From: an uncultured Pseudomonadales bacterium
Lineage (GTDB): Bacteria > Patescibacteriota > Microgenomatia > UBA1400 > Chazhemtobacteraceae
NCBI GenBank assembly: GCA_964422035.1
Contig: CAYQZQ010000001.1
Span: 651,786 to 715,785 of the forward strand
DNA: 64,000 nucleotides
Reading direction: 5' to 3'
Under the pieces are notes generated by a model. That model saw only the letters and a list, made by a program, of their open reading frames with translations, did no database searches and was not told the origin of the DNA. The position numbers and the translations under genes were made by a program. Positions 1 through 8,943 of the stretch are shown one piece after another. Position 1 is the stretch's first letter. Each line of letters starts with the position of its first letter.

Positions 1-629
1 TGAGGGATGGGAAGATCAGAAGAGAAAGGGGTTTGCTGGCCTTGTTTTGAGGGTTGAGGAGAGGAGGAAGAAGGACTGGTTTGAGGAGAAGGGGGCTGTT
101 TTGGAGGTTCGGGTTGTTGTTTTTCTGGGGGAGTTGGTTCTGGGGCAGGAGTGGGAGGAGGGGTTTTAGGAGAGTGGCGTTTATTAGTTTTGGCTTTTGT
201 TTTCTTGGGAGCAGCCTTTTTTTGGGTGACTTGAAAGGAGGAAAGAGGAGGAGAGGTTGGTTGTGAGTCAGTTTTTTGTTTGGATTGATTTTTAGGTTTG
301 GAAGGGGCGGGAGAGGAGTCTTTGGGTTGCTGTGGTTGTTGTTTTTGCCAGGTGTAGATGGTGGGAGAGTAGATGGATTTGAAGAAAGCAATGATCCATT
401 GACTTAGGGGTCGACCTTGGACAGGAAGGAAGGCAAGGGCAGCGCCCAGGGAGGCGAAGAAAATTATAAGTGGCCATTTGAAAAGGGCAGGAATAGGAAG
501 GGAGAAGGCGATAACGGCAAGAATACCTCCAGCGGCCAGTTGAAGAAACTGCTTTAGAGTCATGTCGCCGATGAGGCGAAATTGATACTGTGTTACGTTT
601 TGAGGAATAGGATGCTGTTGGACGGGCAT
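1..629 (-). CDS. PrgI-family-like (VirB3-like) T4SS membrane protein, 5' part only (C-terminus beyond window start); N-terminus MPVQQHPIPQNVTQYQFRLIGDMTLKQFLQLAAGGILAVIAF... then Pro/Ser/Lys-rich tail
   Basis: Manual translation of the minus strand from ATG at 629 to position 1 has no stop. It is absent from the ORF track because no stop lies in the window. The N-terminal motif QY.F.LIG.MT.KQF plus two hydrophobic segments matches recalled PrgI-family proteins. The listed 54..266(+) and 292..477(-) ORFs are out-of-frame shadows of it. Confidence 0.5.
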   Translation of the reverse strand, partial: MPVQQHPIPQNVTQYQFRLIGDMTLKQFLQLAAGGILAVIAFSLPIPALFKWPLIIFFASLGAALAFLPVQGRPLSQWIIAFFKSIYSPTIYTWQKQQPQQPKDSSPAPSKPKNQSKQKTDSQPTSPPLSSFQVTQKKAAPKKTKAKTNKRHSPKTPPPTPAPEPTPPEKQQPEPPKQPPSPQTSPSSSSPQPSKQGQQTPFSSDLPIP

Positions 630-736
630 GTTCTTAGTATACAATGAGAGGTCTATTTTGTGGTTGGGGAAATAAAGGTTTGTTTTACAAGAAGGTGATG
701 GTAAAATTAGGTTTAAATTAGCAACTAGAGATTTAT

Positions 737-2965
737 ATGGCAGAAGGTGAACCAATTTCTGGGATCGGGCCAAGTAGTATAAGTCGTGGTCCTGGCCATA
801 AAATGGAGAAAATTTCTCAGCCAACCAGTCAGGCTGAAGTGCCTGATATTAGAATGCAAAGAGATGAAGAAGAGGAGGTTGTTAGTGGTCGGGAAAAGCT
901 TGACGAGGAAAGAGAGATGTGGGAAGAGTTTGAAGAGGGTTATGGGAATAGAAATGAGATGAGGATGCCGGTAGTAACAGTTGAATTGGAAAAACCTGCT
1001 GAGGAGTTTAGTGCAAAAAAGTTTAAAAGGGCAGTACAAAAGGAGTTTTCATCTTGGGTAGATGGCTTAATTGCTAAAACTGGATCGGGGATGTCTGACA
1101 GGCCGGATCATATTAGATTAGGAAGGATGATGGATAGTATGAAAAATGCAGTTGATAGTTTAGAGATAAGAAGAAGCTTGGCAGAAGAGGGAGAGAAGGA
1201 AGTAGTAAGAAAACAGGAAAGTTTTGAAGAGATAAAGAAGAGGTTAATGAAAGAAGAAAAATTTACAGAAGAAGATTTTGAAGAAATGGGGAGAGGAGAG
1301 ATATTAAAAGTAACAAGAGCGAAGAAAGAGATGAAAGAGATTGAGTTTGGTGATAAAGAAAAGGAAAAACTGGAAGCGATTGAGGAAGCCTTGGAGTGGT
1401 CGGGAGCTATGGATGAGTTTATGTGGGGAGTTTATACTCATTGGGGGAGTTTAGGATGGTCAAGAGAATACTGGGCCAATGTCATCATGAATAGAGACAA
1501 AAGAGTGGTTAGATTGAAAGAGTTGTCCAAAATCAGAGAGATAGGACCGGTTAAGGAGGGTGAAATGCCAGTTGAGGAGTATTGGGACAAGGCGCAAAGA
1601 ATGATTATTGCAACAGCTTTGGTATCGATGGAGGCTGGTGAATCGGAAAATGAGAATATCCAAAAAGATTATGAGGTGGTTCCAAAAGATGTGGTGAAGT
1701 TGATAGGAGATGTTTTGACTGAAGAAGTGTCAGATTACTCGATAGACGAAGATTCCGGTGAAGAATCTGTGAAAGCGACACGCACAGTATTGAATATATT
1801 AAATATTGATCCAAAAAGTGATTTATTTGGCAAGACAAGTAAATTTATAAAAGCTTGTAGCTGGGTTGATGCGTGGGGCAGACTGAAAGAAGGAGGTAAA
1901 TACGAAGAAGTTAAAAGCGAAGTTGGTGATTGGATGAGTAAGATGGAGAAGGCGGAGAAAAGCGGTGAAGTGTCTTTTGGTTTGGATTTTGCGTTTAAGT
2001 TAGCTTTGGCTGACATTCATTTTGCAGGAATTGATACTAAATATGGGTGGAGCATGAAAGAAGAGATGAAATTAAAGAAGGAAGAGGGTGGAGATTGGAA
2101 GGTAAAAATAGGTAAAGATTGGAAAAAAACTGGAGAAGTAAAAGAAGGAGAGCAATTGTTTAAGAAAAAATATGATATGGGAGGATGGCCACAAGGAAAT
2201 GATGCCAATTATTTGGTGTGGTCAGGAGCAAGATTGAAAGAGGATGGGGGTCGTGACTGGCCGATAGGGCCTAATGTTCTTATGAGTGAAGAGGATGTTG
2301 AAAGAGCGGATGATCCAAGGCTTGAGACTGTGTTTCCCAATGGAATGATTCCTAACTTTTATGAGAAAGTCAAGCTGATGGTGAAAGTGGGAGTAGAAAA
2401 TTTAGATGTAGAGGAGATGTCTGATCGAGTAAAATCTACACTGGAGAATATTGGGAACATTGGAGAAGAGAAAACTTTTTGGGAGTTGTGGTGGAGAGAA
2501 GAAAATAGACATTATCAATTACCTTGGACAGGAGAAAGTGAAAGAGAAATGAAGGTATTGAGGGTTCCAAGAGATAACGAGCATAGTAAATGGTATGTGA
2601 CCTTGTTAATGGCTAATAGAGTGTTTGAAGCAGCTATCAATGATGATGTTAGGGAATTTCAAGAGCTGGTGTCTGTTGATAAGATGAAAAAGTTGATTAA
2701 AAATGCTGATATTGCTTTTGGGGTTGGTTCTGATAAAGCAAAAAGAATGGTGGTGGGAGTTTTGGCAGCACAGTCTTTATTGTTTAGTGGTTTATCGGAC
2801 CAACTGATTAGTAAAGATCAGAGAGAACAGGCTGTTAAGATGAAGGCAAAAAGCGATATAGGAAATAAGATCAGGTACTTATTAGATGAGGGCAAGCGAA
2901 GAGGGAAGTGGAGTAGTTTATACAATCAAATTATTGAGGAGGGTAAGATTGTCTGGAGAGATTAA
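737..2965 (+). CDS. large acidic (Glu/Lys-rich) hypothetical protein, no TM segments
   Basis: Long uninterrupted ORF of 742 aa, divergent from the PrgI-like gene. No recognisable catalytic motif. Confidence 0.55.
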   Translation: MAEGEPISGIGPSSISRGPGHKMEKISQPTSQAEVPDIRMQRDEEEEVVSGREKLDEEREMWEEFEEGYGNRNEMRMPVVTVELEKPAEEFSAKKFKRAVQKEFSSWVDGLIAKTGSGMSDRPDHIRLGRMMDSMKNAVDSLEIRRSLAEEGEKEVVRKQESFEEIKKRLMKEEKFTEEDFEEMGRGEILKVTRAKKEMKEIEFGDKEKEKLEAIEEALEWSGAMDEFMWGVYTHWGSLGWSREYWANVIMNRDKRVVRLKELSKIREIGPVKEGEMPVEEYWDKAQRMIIATALVSMEAGESENENIQKDYEVVPKDVVKLIGDVLTEEVSDYSIDEDSGEESVKATRTVLNILNIDPKSDLFGKTSKFIKACSWVDAWGRLKEGGKYEEVKSEVGDWMSKMEKAEKSGEVSFGLDFAFKLALADIHFAGIDTKYGWSMKEEMKLKKEEGGDWKVKIGKDWKKTGEVKEGEQLFKKKYDMGGWPQGNDANYLVWSGARLKEDGGRDWPIGPNVLMSEEDVERADDPRLETVFPNGMIPNFYEKVKLMVKVGVENLDVEEMSDRVKSTLENIGNIGEEKTFWELWWREENRHYQLPWTGESEREMKVLRVPRDNEHSKWYVTLLMANRVFEAAINDDVREFQELVSVDKMKKLIKNADIAFGVGSDKAKRMVVGVLAAQSLLFSGLSDQLISKDQREQAVKMKAKSDIGNKIRYLLDEGKRRGKWSSLYNQIIEEGKIVWRD

Positions 2966-2986
2966 TTAAAGAGAGCGAGTTTTTGA

Positions 2987-4684
2987 TTATGTGTTTGGTC
3001 TATTTCGACCTGTGGTGTTATCAATAAATTCATTGACAGTTGAGATGTTGGTTTCTTGACTTTGTATTTTTTTACCCATTTGTTTTATAAATTCTGGGGC
3101 ATTTGGATTTCTCATAACTGTGCCTAGTGAAGTTATTCCACGTCGAGTCATATCAAAGCTTGTTCCCAGTTCTCTTCCTAAATCAGAACCATATTTAAAT
3201 GGCTCTACTTGGAAGGCTTCCTTGATCATATCTACATATTTGGGAGCCATAAAGAGAAGTCCAAGACCTACTAGTGCTACCATGCCACTGGCACCAGCGC
3301 CTTGGTAGGGGAAAAGTACGGGAACACGAGGTGCGGCTGAAGCTTGCAGAAGCCCCTGTGTAATGTTTTCGTACTTAAAATAAAGAGGTTGAACCATGAA
3401 AAGATAGGAAAATAAGAGGAGAAATGATGTGGCTGGAAAAACAATAAGATTGGCAAAAGTGTTTCTTAGCCAGTTGCCGACTGAGTTGGAACCGGGAAAA
3501 ACGTTGCCAAGAAGGATAAGTGGGGCAAAGATCAGATTAATAATGACGGTTATATAGGCACCTATTAGTTTAAAGAATAGTTTTCCATAGGAAATTAATG
3601 TAGCGATTAGGAGAATGGCTCCGACTATTATAGTTGGGATACCACCAACGAAAATTATAGATAAGGCGTTTGCTACGCCCCAAAAGATGCCTGTAATACC
3701 TGCTGGGAGGCCGGTAATGGCTCCGATTGCACCTGGAATACCAGATACGAAGGCAATAAATGTGTTGAAAAATCCACTTAAAATAAGACCAGCCCGACCA
3801 GAAGCAACATTGGCAAGAATATTTCCATATTCAGCGACCGGTCCAGTTTGAATTACATTGAAAGTTTCGAGGGCGCTAAAGCCGAGGAAGAAAAGAAGCC
3901 AGACTAAATCAAACATAAGCCCGATTATGGCGTAAGAAAAGGTGATCAAAAATAGAGTGAATATTAGTTTAGGTAAAGCCTGTTGAATGTTGACTGATGT
4001 TTGAGGATTTATCTTGACGCGGAACATGATCATAAAACCATAAACGAGGAAAAGAAGAACAAAGATCATATAGGCAATATTTCGAAAAGCGCGCCAAATT
4101 GGCAAAAAGCCTTGTAAGCTGGAAAAACCGTATCCACCACTATTGTCCTCTTGAGCATATGAAGGTTGAACAATTTTATGTTTTGCCATGTTGTCTTTAA
4201 CGCTGGCGACGTATTGATAAGTTTGGGCGGGGGGGTTTTTGAAAGGAGAAGATACTAATTGACCTAAGCTGGAAAGGAGGCTGTTATTGGAAGTGGATTG
4301 GTTAACTGCTTGATTGGTGATGTCGATTGTTGCTAGAAGACTCAGAGGCTGGTTTTGCCCTTGTTTTTTTTCATTGAATTTTTTGAATAATTCATCAAAA
4401 ATTGCTTCTCCGGTTTTTTCTTGTTCGCCGATCATAAATTCTAAGGCGTGGAGAATGATGATGTCTCCGAAACCGGTGCCTTCGCCTGTGAATGTGTTGT
4501 TGGTCCCACATTTACCGGCATACCAAGTTTCAAGGTTCATGGTGTCTCCTTGTCTTTTTTCACAGAAATCGTAGAGAGCGTCGTTTAAGGCTTCATTATT
4601 CTTTGCAGCAGCGACAGGATGGGGGAGAAAGGCTGAGGATATGAAAATTAGAGTGGTAAAAAAGATAATGAATTTTTTGCTCAT
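2987..4684 (-). CDS. polytopic membrane protein with signal peptide, ~200 aa exported domain and Gly-rich TM bundle; VirB6/TrbL-like candidate
   Basis: Signal peptide MSKKFIIFFTTLIFISSAFLPHPVAAA, then at least 6 hydrophobic helices rich in G/A/I. The architecture and the pilus-gene neighbourhood support the call. Confidence 0.45.
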   Translation of the reverse strand: MSKKFIIFFTTLIFISSAFLPHPVAAAKNNEALNDALYDFCEKRQGDTMNLETWYAGKCGTNNTFTGEGTGFGDIIILHALEFMIGEQEKTGEAIFDELFKKFNEKKQGQNQPLSLLATIDITNQAVNQSTSNNSLLSSLGQLVSSPFKNPPAQTYQYVASVKDNMAKHKIVQPSYAQEDNSGGYGFSSLQGFLPIWRAFRNIAYMIFVLLFLVYGFMIMFRVKINPQTSVNIQQALPKLIFTLFLITFSYAIIGLMFDLVWLLFFLGFSALETFNVIQTGPVAEYGNILANVASGRAGLILSGFFNTFIAFVSGIPGAIGAITGLPAGITGIFWGVANALSIIFVGGIPTIIVGAILLIATLISYGKLFFKLIGAYITVIINLIFAPLILLGNVFPGSNSVGNWLRNTFANLIVFPATSFLLLFSYLFMVQPLYFKYENITQGLLQASAAPRVPVLFPYQGAGASGMVALVGLGLLFMAPKYVDMIKEAFQVEPFKYGSDLGRELGTSFDMTRRGITSLGTVMRNPNAPEFIKQMGKKIQSQETNISTVNEFIDNTTGRNRPNT

Positions 4685-4731
4685 TGATTTGATTATATCA
4701 ACCTGAGTTAGTAATGGAAACTTGGATTTTG

Positions 4732-7113
4732 TTAATTGCCGATGTAATTTAAGTTTTGGTCGTAGTTGTTGTTAAACCAGATGCCGTATTCACAGTAGTT
4801 TTGGTTTCCCAGGCGAGCGTAGCTGACGCCTTCCTTGCAGGCGGCGCTGTTAAAGCTTGTGATGGCGGCTCGCATAACAGCGTCACTGTAAGGTTTTTTT
4901 TGGCTGACATTTAGAGAAACCATTTTGGCTACGGCATAGGCGGAGTCAACCATGGAGCAGATATTGGTTTCTTGTGAAGAGTTGTGGCATTCATTGTAGG
5001 CGTTGCCGTAGTTGGCACCTCCTGACCAGATGTCTAGATTTTCAGCTGCAGGATTGGGGCATTTATTGGGGAGGAAGCAGTAGGGGTGTTCTGGGTCTCT
5101 TTGGTTTCTTTGAGAGACGGTCTCGCCAATTGAGCCGTCTTTGTTATGTAGGAACTGGAAAGGCCCCCAGGAGCCGCAGCCGTCTCCGGATGGAGCGCAA
5201 TAAGCTTCTGTTTGGCGGTCAAAGTTGTTGGAATATAAGTCGCCCACCTCAACGGTGGAGATGGCGGCGATTACTTTGGGTGAGATGCCAAAGCAGGCGG
5301 CAGCTTGTTGGAAAAGTTGCTTGGCTTGAGAGCTGAACTGGACAGGGTTTTGATAGACGTCTGCCCGAACTGAGAAAGGGGAAGTGTTTTTATATTGCGA
5401 ACAGGATTGGGCGACACCTTGAGAGCTGATGCGGGCATAAGGATCAGAGCAGTCTAAGGTTGAGTCTTGTTGACCGGATGGAATAAGCCACTGATTGCGA
5501 AGCTGGCATAGATCAACATGGGACTGACCGGCTTGTCTGGGGACAGGAGAGGAGTTGTCATTGGTGTTGGTGGTGGTGATGACGACTTCATCTTCTGAAT
5601 CAAAGAAAGAGATAGGAGCTTCGATGCGGGTGTCTTTCTGAGATGAAGGTGTGAAGCTGGGAGTAAATATTTGATAAAGAGAGGAGGAGTTTTGATTAAG
5701 AGAAGAAAGAGAGGTGTTGATGTTTGATTGGGCGGGGTTGTTGGCGATGACGATTGGTTTTCCGGTGACGGTTGCAAGACCTTTAATCTTCCAAGTGGAA
5801 GAGGTTCGTATGGCAATTGGAGTTGTAAGGGGAGTGAGGGTAGGTTTGATGTATCGATAGGAAATATGACGGGTAATTTGGACGGGAACGATGACTGTCT
5901 GGGAGAAAGAAGGGGCGAGGGCTAGGTGTTGAGGGTTGGTTAGAGGAGAGGGAAGATAGATGGCGTCAATGATGTTGTCACATTGGTTTCTATCAAATTC
6001 ACCTGAAGTGATCTGTTCTTGTAGTTGGGTAAGAAAACTGGGAATGGATTGTTGTTCTTGGGATTGGTTGATGAAGCGATCATTTGTAAGAGAGCCTTCC
6101 CGTTGGTTGTTGATCCATTGAGGAGAGTAGAGGTTGACTAGACCGGTTTGGGGGTTAGTTAAACCTTCATCTAAGGCAGCTAGGTAGGGTAGATTTTCGC
6201 CATAGACGGAAGAGATAAAGGAAAAGCTTTGGCTTAGTTGAGCTAAGTAGCCGCGGTAGTTGTCAAAGGGTAAAGGTAAGAGAGCATCGTAGGCAGCCTT
6301 GGTGTCAGGTTTGAGGGTGTTGTAGGCTTTGGTGTAATTGCAAAATCTTATCTCGATGTGTTTTTTGAAGAAGGGAATATTAAAGTCAATAGAGGGGTCA
6401 ACAACTAATAAACAACGAGATTGATTGGCTAGTTCTATGGCTAAACGTTTTATGTCTTTGGTTTGTTGATTGCCGTCTTTGTCAAAGTATTGGATTTGGT
6501 AGTTTTGATAGATCTCTTCTTCTCCACCAGGAAGTAAAGTTCTTATATCAGGATAGTCTTCGTTCTGGCGGATAAAGGCGGCTTTGGCTTTGGCTTGTTG
6601 CTGGAAGGTGGTAGTGCGCCAGTAGGTGCGATAGGCTTCTTTAGGGAGAGGTGAGTCGGTGGCAGGATAGTAGGTGTTGGGCTGGTCAAAAAGAGCTTGA
6701 AAAGGGTATATTTGGGCATTGCGGTCAGGAGAGGATTGATGAATGATTTGAGCGTTGGCTCCAAAACCACCTAGTTGGGCGCGGTCCATATTAGCGTAGA
6801 TTTCAGTGGTCAATTCACCGTTAGTTTGGTACTTGGTGCAATTGCCGTATTGGTCGGTTTCTACACAAGGCAGAGATGAGTAGGAGAGATTTAGGGGTTC
6901 TTTGTCACTTTCAAAGTTAACATTGACTTTGGGGCTGGAGGTACAGGTTAACTGATAATCATCGAGGTCTTGATGGATAAGATCGGTTTCGGTTTCGCAG
7001 TCTTCGGTGGGGCGGTAGGGATTTTGTCCGGCAGGACAAGGGGCAGCCAGAGTAGGAGAAGATAAAAGAAGGGTAAAAAAAAGTAGGGGTAGAATTTTAA
7101 GCAAACGCTTCAT
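4732..7113 (-). CDS. large secreted protein; C-terminal region lytic-transglycosylase-like (VirB1-like?)
   Basis: The likely start is the internal MKRLLKILPLLFFTLLLSSPTLAAP signal peptide at 7113, not 7338. The C-terminus carries AISTVE...GPFQF...GNAYNEC, resembling the SLT motifs ES / GLMQ / AYNAG. Confidence 0.45.
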   Translation of the reverse strand: MKRLLKILPLLFFTLLLSSPTLAAPCPAGQNPYRPTEDCETETDLIHQDLDDYQLTCTSSPKVNVNFESDKEPLNLSYSSLPCVETDQYGNCTKYQTNGELTTEIYANMDRAQLGGFGANAQIIHQSSPDRNAQIYPFQALFDQPNTYYPATDSPLPKEAYRTYWRTTTFQQQAKAKAAFIRQNEDYPDIRTLLPGGEEEIYQNYQIQYFDKDGNQQTKDIKRLAIELANQSRCLLVVDPSIDFNIPFFKKHIEIRFCNYTKAYNTLKPDTKAAYDALLPLPFDNYRGYLAQLSQSFSFISSVYGENLPYLAALDEGLTNPQTGLVNLYSPQWINNQREGSLTNDRFINQSQEQQSIPSFLTQLQEQITSGEFDRNQCDNIIDAIYLPSPLTNPQHLALAPSFSQTVIVPVQITRHISYRYIKPTLTPLTTPIAIRTSSTWKIKGLATVTGKPIVIANNPAQSNINTSLSSLNQNSSSLYQIFTPSFTPSSQKDTRIEAPISFFDSEDEVVITTTNTNDNSSPVPRQAGQSHVDLCQLRNQWLIPSGQQDSTLDCSDPYARISSQGVAQSCSQYKNTSPFSVRADVYQNPVQFSSQAKQLFQQAAACFGISPKVIAAISTVEVGDLYSNNFDRQTEAYCAPSGDGCGSWGPFQFLHNKDGSIGETVSQRNQRDPEHPYCFLPNKCPNPAAENLDIWSGGANYGNAYNECHNSSQETNICSMVDSAYAVAKMVSLNVSQKKPYSDAVMRAAITSFNSAACKEGVSYARLGNQNYCEYGIWFNNNYDQNLNYIGN

Positions 7114-7138
7114 GAGGATATTGTAGCAATAAGAAGGG

Positions 7139-7492
7139 TTATGGAGTGAGATTGATCTGGGTGACGGGAGCACCAGTGAACTGTTCGATAAGATAAAGGA
7201 CAAACCAAGCGAGAGCAAGACCGGCGATACCGATGATGGCGTAGGTGAGAGCTTTGTAAGCGCCTTGAACTTGTTTGGGGTCGTCGCCGGCCATGATAAG
7301 TCTGGCTCCGGCGAAGAGGATAACACCAAAGGCGACAAGAATGAGTAGGGGAGAAAGAATGCTGATGATGTTTAGAAGAACGCACTTGATGCCGGTGATG
7401 GTGGGAATGATTTCTCCGTCGACTTGTTGAGCGCATCCTTGATTAACCCACTGGTTGGCTTCAATTTTAGCGGCGTGTGCGGTTAGATTCAT
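7139..7492 (-). CDS. VirB2/TrbC-like pilin paralog 1 (two TM segments flanking a GDDPKQVQGAYKAL loop)
   Basis: About 110 aa, hydrophobic-loop-hydrophobic layout. The loop motif is related to paralogs 2-7. Confidence 0.6.
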   Translation of the reverse strand: MNLTAHAAKIEANQWVNQGCAQQVDGEIIPTITGIKCVLLNIISILSPLLILVAFGVILFAGARLIMAGDDPKQVQGAYKALTYAIIGIAGLALAWFVLYLIEQFTGAPVTQINLTP

Positions 7493-7515
7493 ATGTGTAA
7501 TTATAAACTAATAAC

Positions 7516-7550
7516 AAAAACCCTCTGGAGTAGAGGGTTTTTGCTTTATT
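7516..7550. terminator. bidirectional rho-independent terminator hairpin (AAAAACCCTCT-GGAGTA-AGAGGGTTTTT) flanked by T/A runs
   Basis: Perfect inverted repeat followed by a T-run on the plus strand and an A-run upstream. It lies between pilin paralogs 1 and 2. Confidence 0.6.
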
Positions 7551-7566
7551 TTTTGCTTTATGATGC

Positions 7567-7896
7567 TTATTTTAGGGAAGGAAGAGAAAGCTCGGAGATT
7601 GATTGACCGAAGAGGAAGGTGGTGATTAGGTTAATCAAAGCGTAAGCAGCAGCGATGACGATTAACCCAATGACTGCATTGGTAATTTTCTTTTGTGCTT
7701 CTTCAGTTTTGGCTTTATCGCCACCTGAAGTAATCCATTGAAAACCGCCCAGGATTAAAAAGATGAAAGCAGCTAGAGCACCGAGAACAATAGAGGCGTT
7801 AACCAAACCTTGAAGTAAGGTTCCGATATTGCTAATGGCGTAACTTGGTTCGGGGACTCCGACTGATTCGGCAAATGCTTTTTTGATTATTTGCAT
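7567..7896 (-). CDS. VirB2/TrbC-like pilin paralog 2
   Basis: Contains QWITSGGDKAKTEEAQKKITNAVIGLIVI between two hydrophobic helices. Confidence 0.65.
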   Translation of the reverse strand: MQIIKKAFAESVGVPEPSYAISNIGTLLQGLVNASIVLGALAAFIFLILGGFQWITSGGDKAKTEEAQKKITNAVIGLIVIAAAYALINLITTFLFGQSISELSLPSLK

Positions 7897-7957
7897 GTTG
7901 ATGTGTATTTAGTAATTGTTAATGAAATTATACTTAGCTTAAAAGATAACTGTCAAA

Positions 7958-8272
7958 TTAAGAAGTAGGTAGGGCTTGGTCTAGACCTAAGAAGTTTTTG
8001 ATAAGAACAAAAACTGCGTAAGAGGCGACGACGATGATAAGACCGGTTAAACCATTGGTAATTTGCTTTTGAGCTTGTTCAACTTTAGCTTTGTCTCCAC
8101 CTGAGGTAATCCACTGAAGGCCGCCTAAGATAAAGTAAATGAGGGCAGCCAGAGCGGCGATGATGATAAGGGCATTGATTAGGCTGCTGATTAGAGTACC
8201 TACGTCTTGAAAGGCGAAAAAGCCTTGAGTTTGGGTTTTAAGATTTGATTGCATATTAGAAGTTCCAGTCAA
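7958..8272 (-). CDS. VirB2/TrbC-like pilin paralog 3
   Basis: Contains LQWITSGGDKAKVEQAQKQITNGLTGLII. Confidence 0.65.
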   Translation of the reverse strand: MTGTSNMQSNLKTQTQGFFAFQDVGTLISSLINALIIIAALAALIYFILGGLQWITSGGDKAKVEQAQKQITNGLTGLIIVVASYAVFVLIKNFLGLDQALPTS

Positions 8273-8591
8273 TATTTAGTAAATCAATTTTTAAGAATTC
8301 ACTGATAAGGCTGACAATGGCAAAGGAGGCGACTAGAATGATAAGGCCGGTTAAAGCATTGGTAATTTGCTTTTGAGCTTGTTCAACTTTAGCCTTGTCT
8401 CCACCTGAAGTAATCCACTGGAGACCTCCTATAATAAAGTAGATTAGAAAGGCTAGGCCGCCGACGATGACTAGCGCTTTCCAGATTTGACCAATATAAA
8501 AGGCAAGGCCGGCTCCGGCCTGTGAGGGGGTAGTGAATTGGTTAAGGACAGGGTTTTTGATGGCGGCGTGTGTTTGGGGTACTATTTTCAT
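8256..8591 (-). CDS. VirB2/TrbC-like pilin paralog 4
   Basis: Contains LQWITSGGDKAKVEQAQKQITNALTGLII. Overlaps paralog 3 by 17 nt. Confidence 0.65.
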   Translation of the reverse strand: MKIVPQTHAAIKNPVLNQFTTPSQAGAGLAFYIGQIWKALVIVGGLAFLIYFIIGGLQWITSGGDKAKVEQAQKQITNALTGLIILVASFAIVSLISEFLKIDLLNIDWNF

Positions 8592-8941
8592 GAAAGGTCC
8601 AGTAATTTTAATGGTTCAAGGAGTTGAATGTCGAGAATGTTGCCGATGATGGCGATGGCAAAGTAGGCTACAAGGACGATGACAAGGCCGGTTAAACCAT
8701 TGGTAATCTGCTTTTGAGCTTGTTCAACTTTAGCTTTGTCTCCACCTGAGGTGATCCATTGAAGAGCTCCGATGAGGAAGTAGAGGATGAAGGCGAGTCC
8801 GGCGGTGACGGTAAGGAAACCTATTACTGTTGAAAATAAATTTTCAAAAAGGGCTGGGTCTTGAGGATCTTGCATGTATTTGCCGGGGCCGGTGATGTTA
8901 CCCAGGTCAATCTGGGCGTAGGCTTGGGGTATTATTTTCAT
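8588..8941 (-). CDS. VirB2/TrbC-like pilin paralog 5
   Basis: Contains LQWITSGGDKAKVEQAQKQITNGLTGLVI. ATGA overlap with paralog 4. Confidence 0.65.
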   Translation of the reverse strand: MKIIPQAYAQIDLGNITGPGKYMQDPQDPALFENLFSTVIGFLTVTAGLAFILYFLIGALQWITSGGDKAKVEQAQKQITNGLTGLVIVLVAYFAIAIIGNILDIQLLEPLKLLDLS

Positions 8942-8943
8942 GA

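Noticed and set aside
54-477. ORF-track entries 54..266(+) (R/G-rich) and 292..477(-)
   Set aside because: Both lie inside, and out of frame with, the long open PrgI-like reading frame on the minus strand. The plus-strand one is the purine-rich antisense of a Pro-rich coding region.
7114-7338. N-terminal 75-aa extension of the 868-aa ORF (start at 7338)
   Set aside because: The extension precedes a textbook signal peptide (MKRLLKILPLLFFTLLLSSPTLAAP) and overlaps the pilin paralog 1 gene. The start at 7113 is preferred.
725-7436. Numerous 60-130-aa antisense or alternate-frame ORFs inside the large genes (e.g. 725..1039, 1460..2208, 3120..3851, 4314..4574, 4974..5925, 6543..6770, 7110..7436)
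   Set aside because: They are fully embedded in longer ORFs that carry recognisable signal peptides or TM architecture. They are low-complexity and have no RBS context. They are treated as shadow ORFs.
7977-7986. GGTCTAGACC palindrome resembling the 47959 palindrome half-sites
   Set aside because: It lies within the last codons of pilin paralog 3. A 10-bp palindrome can arise by chance, so it is kept only as a cross-reference.
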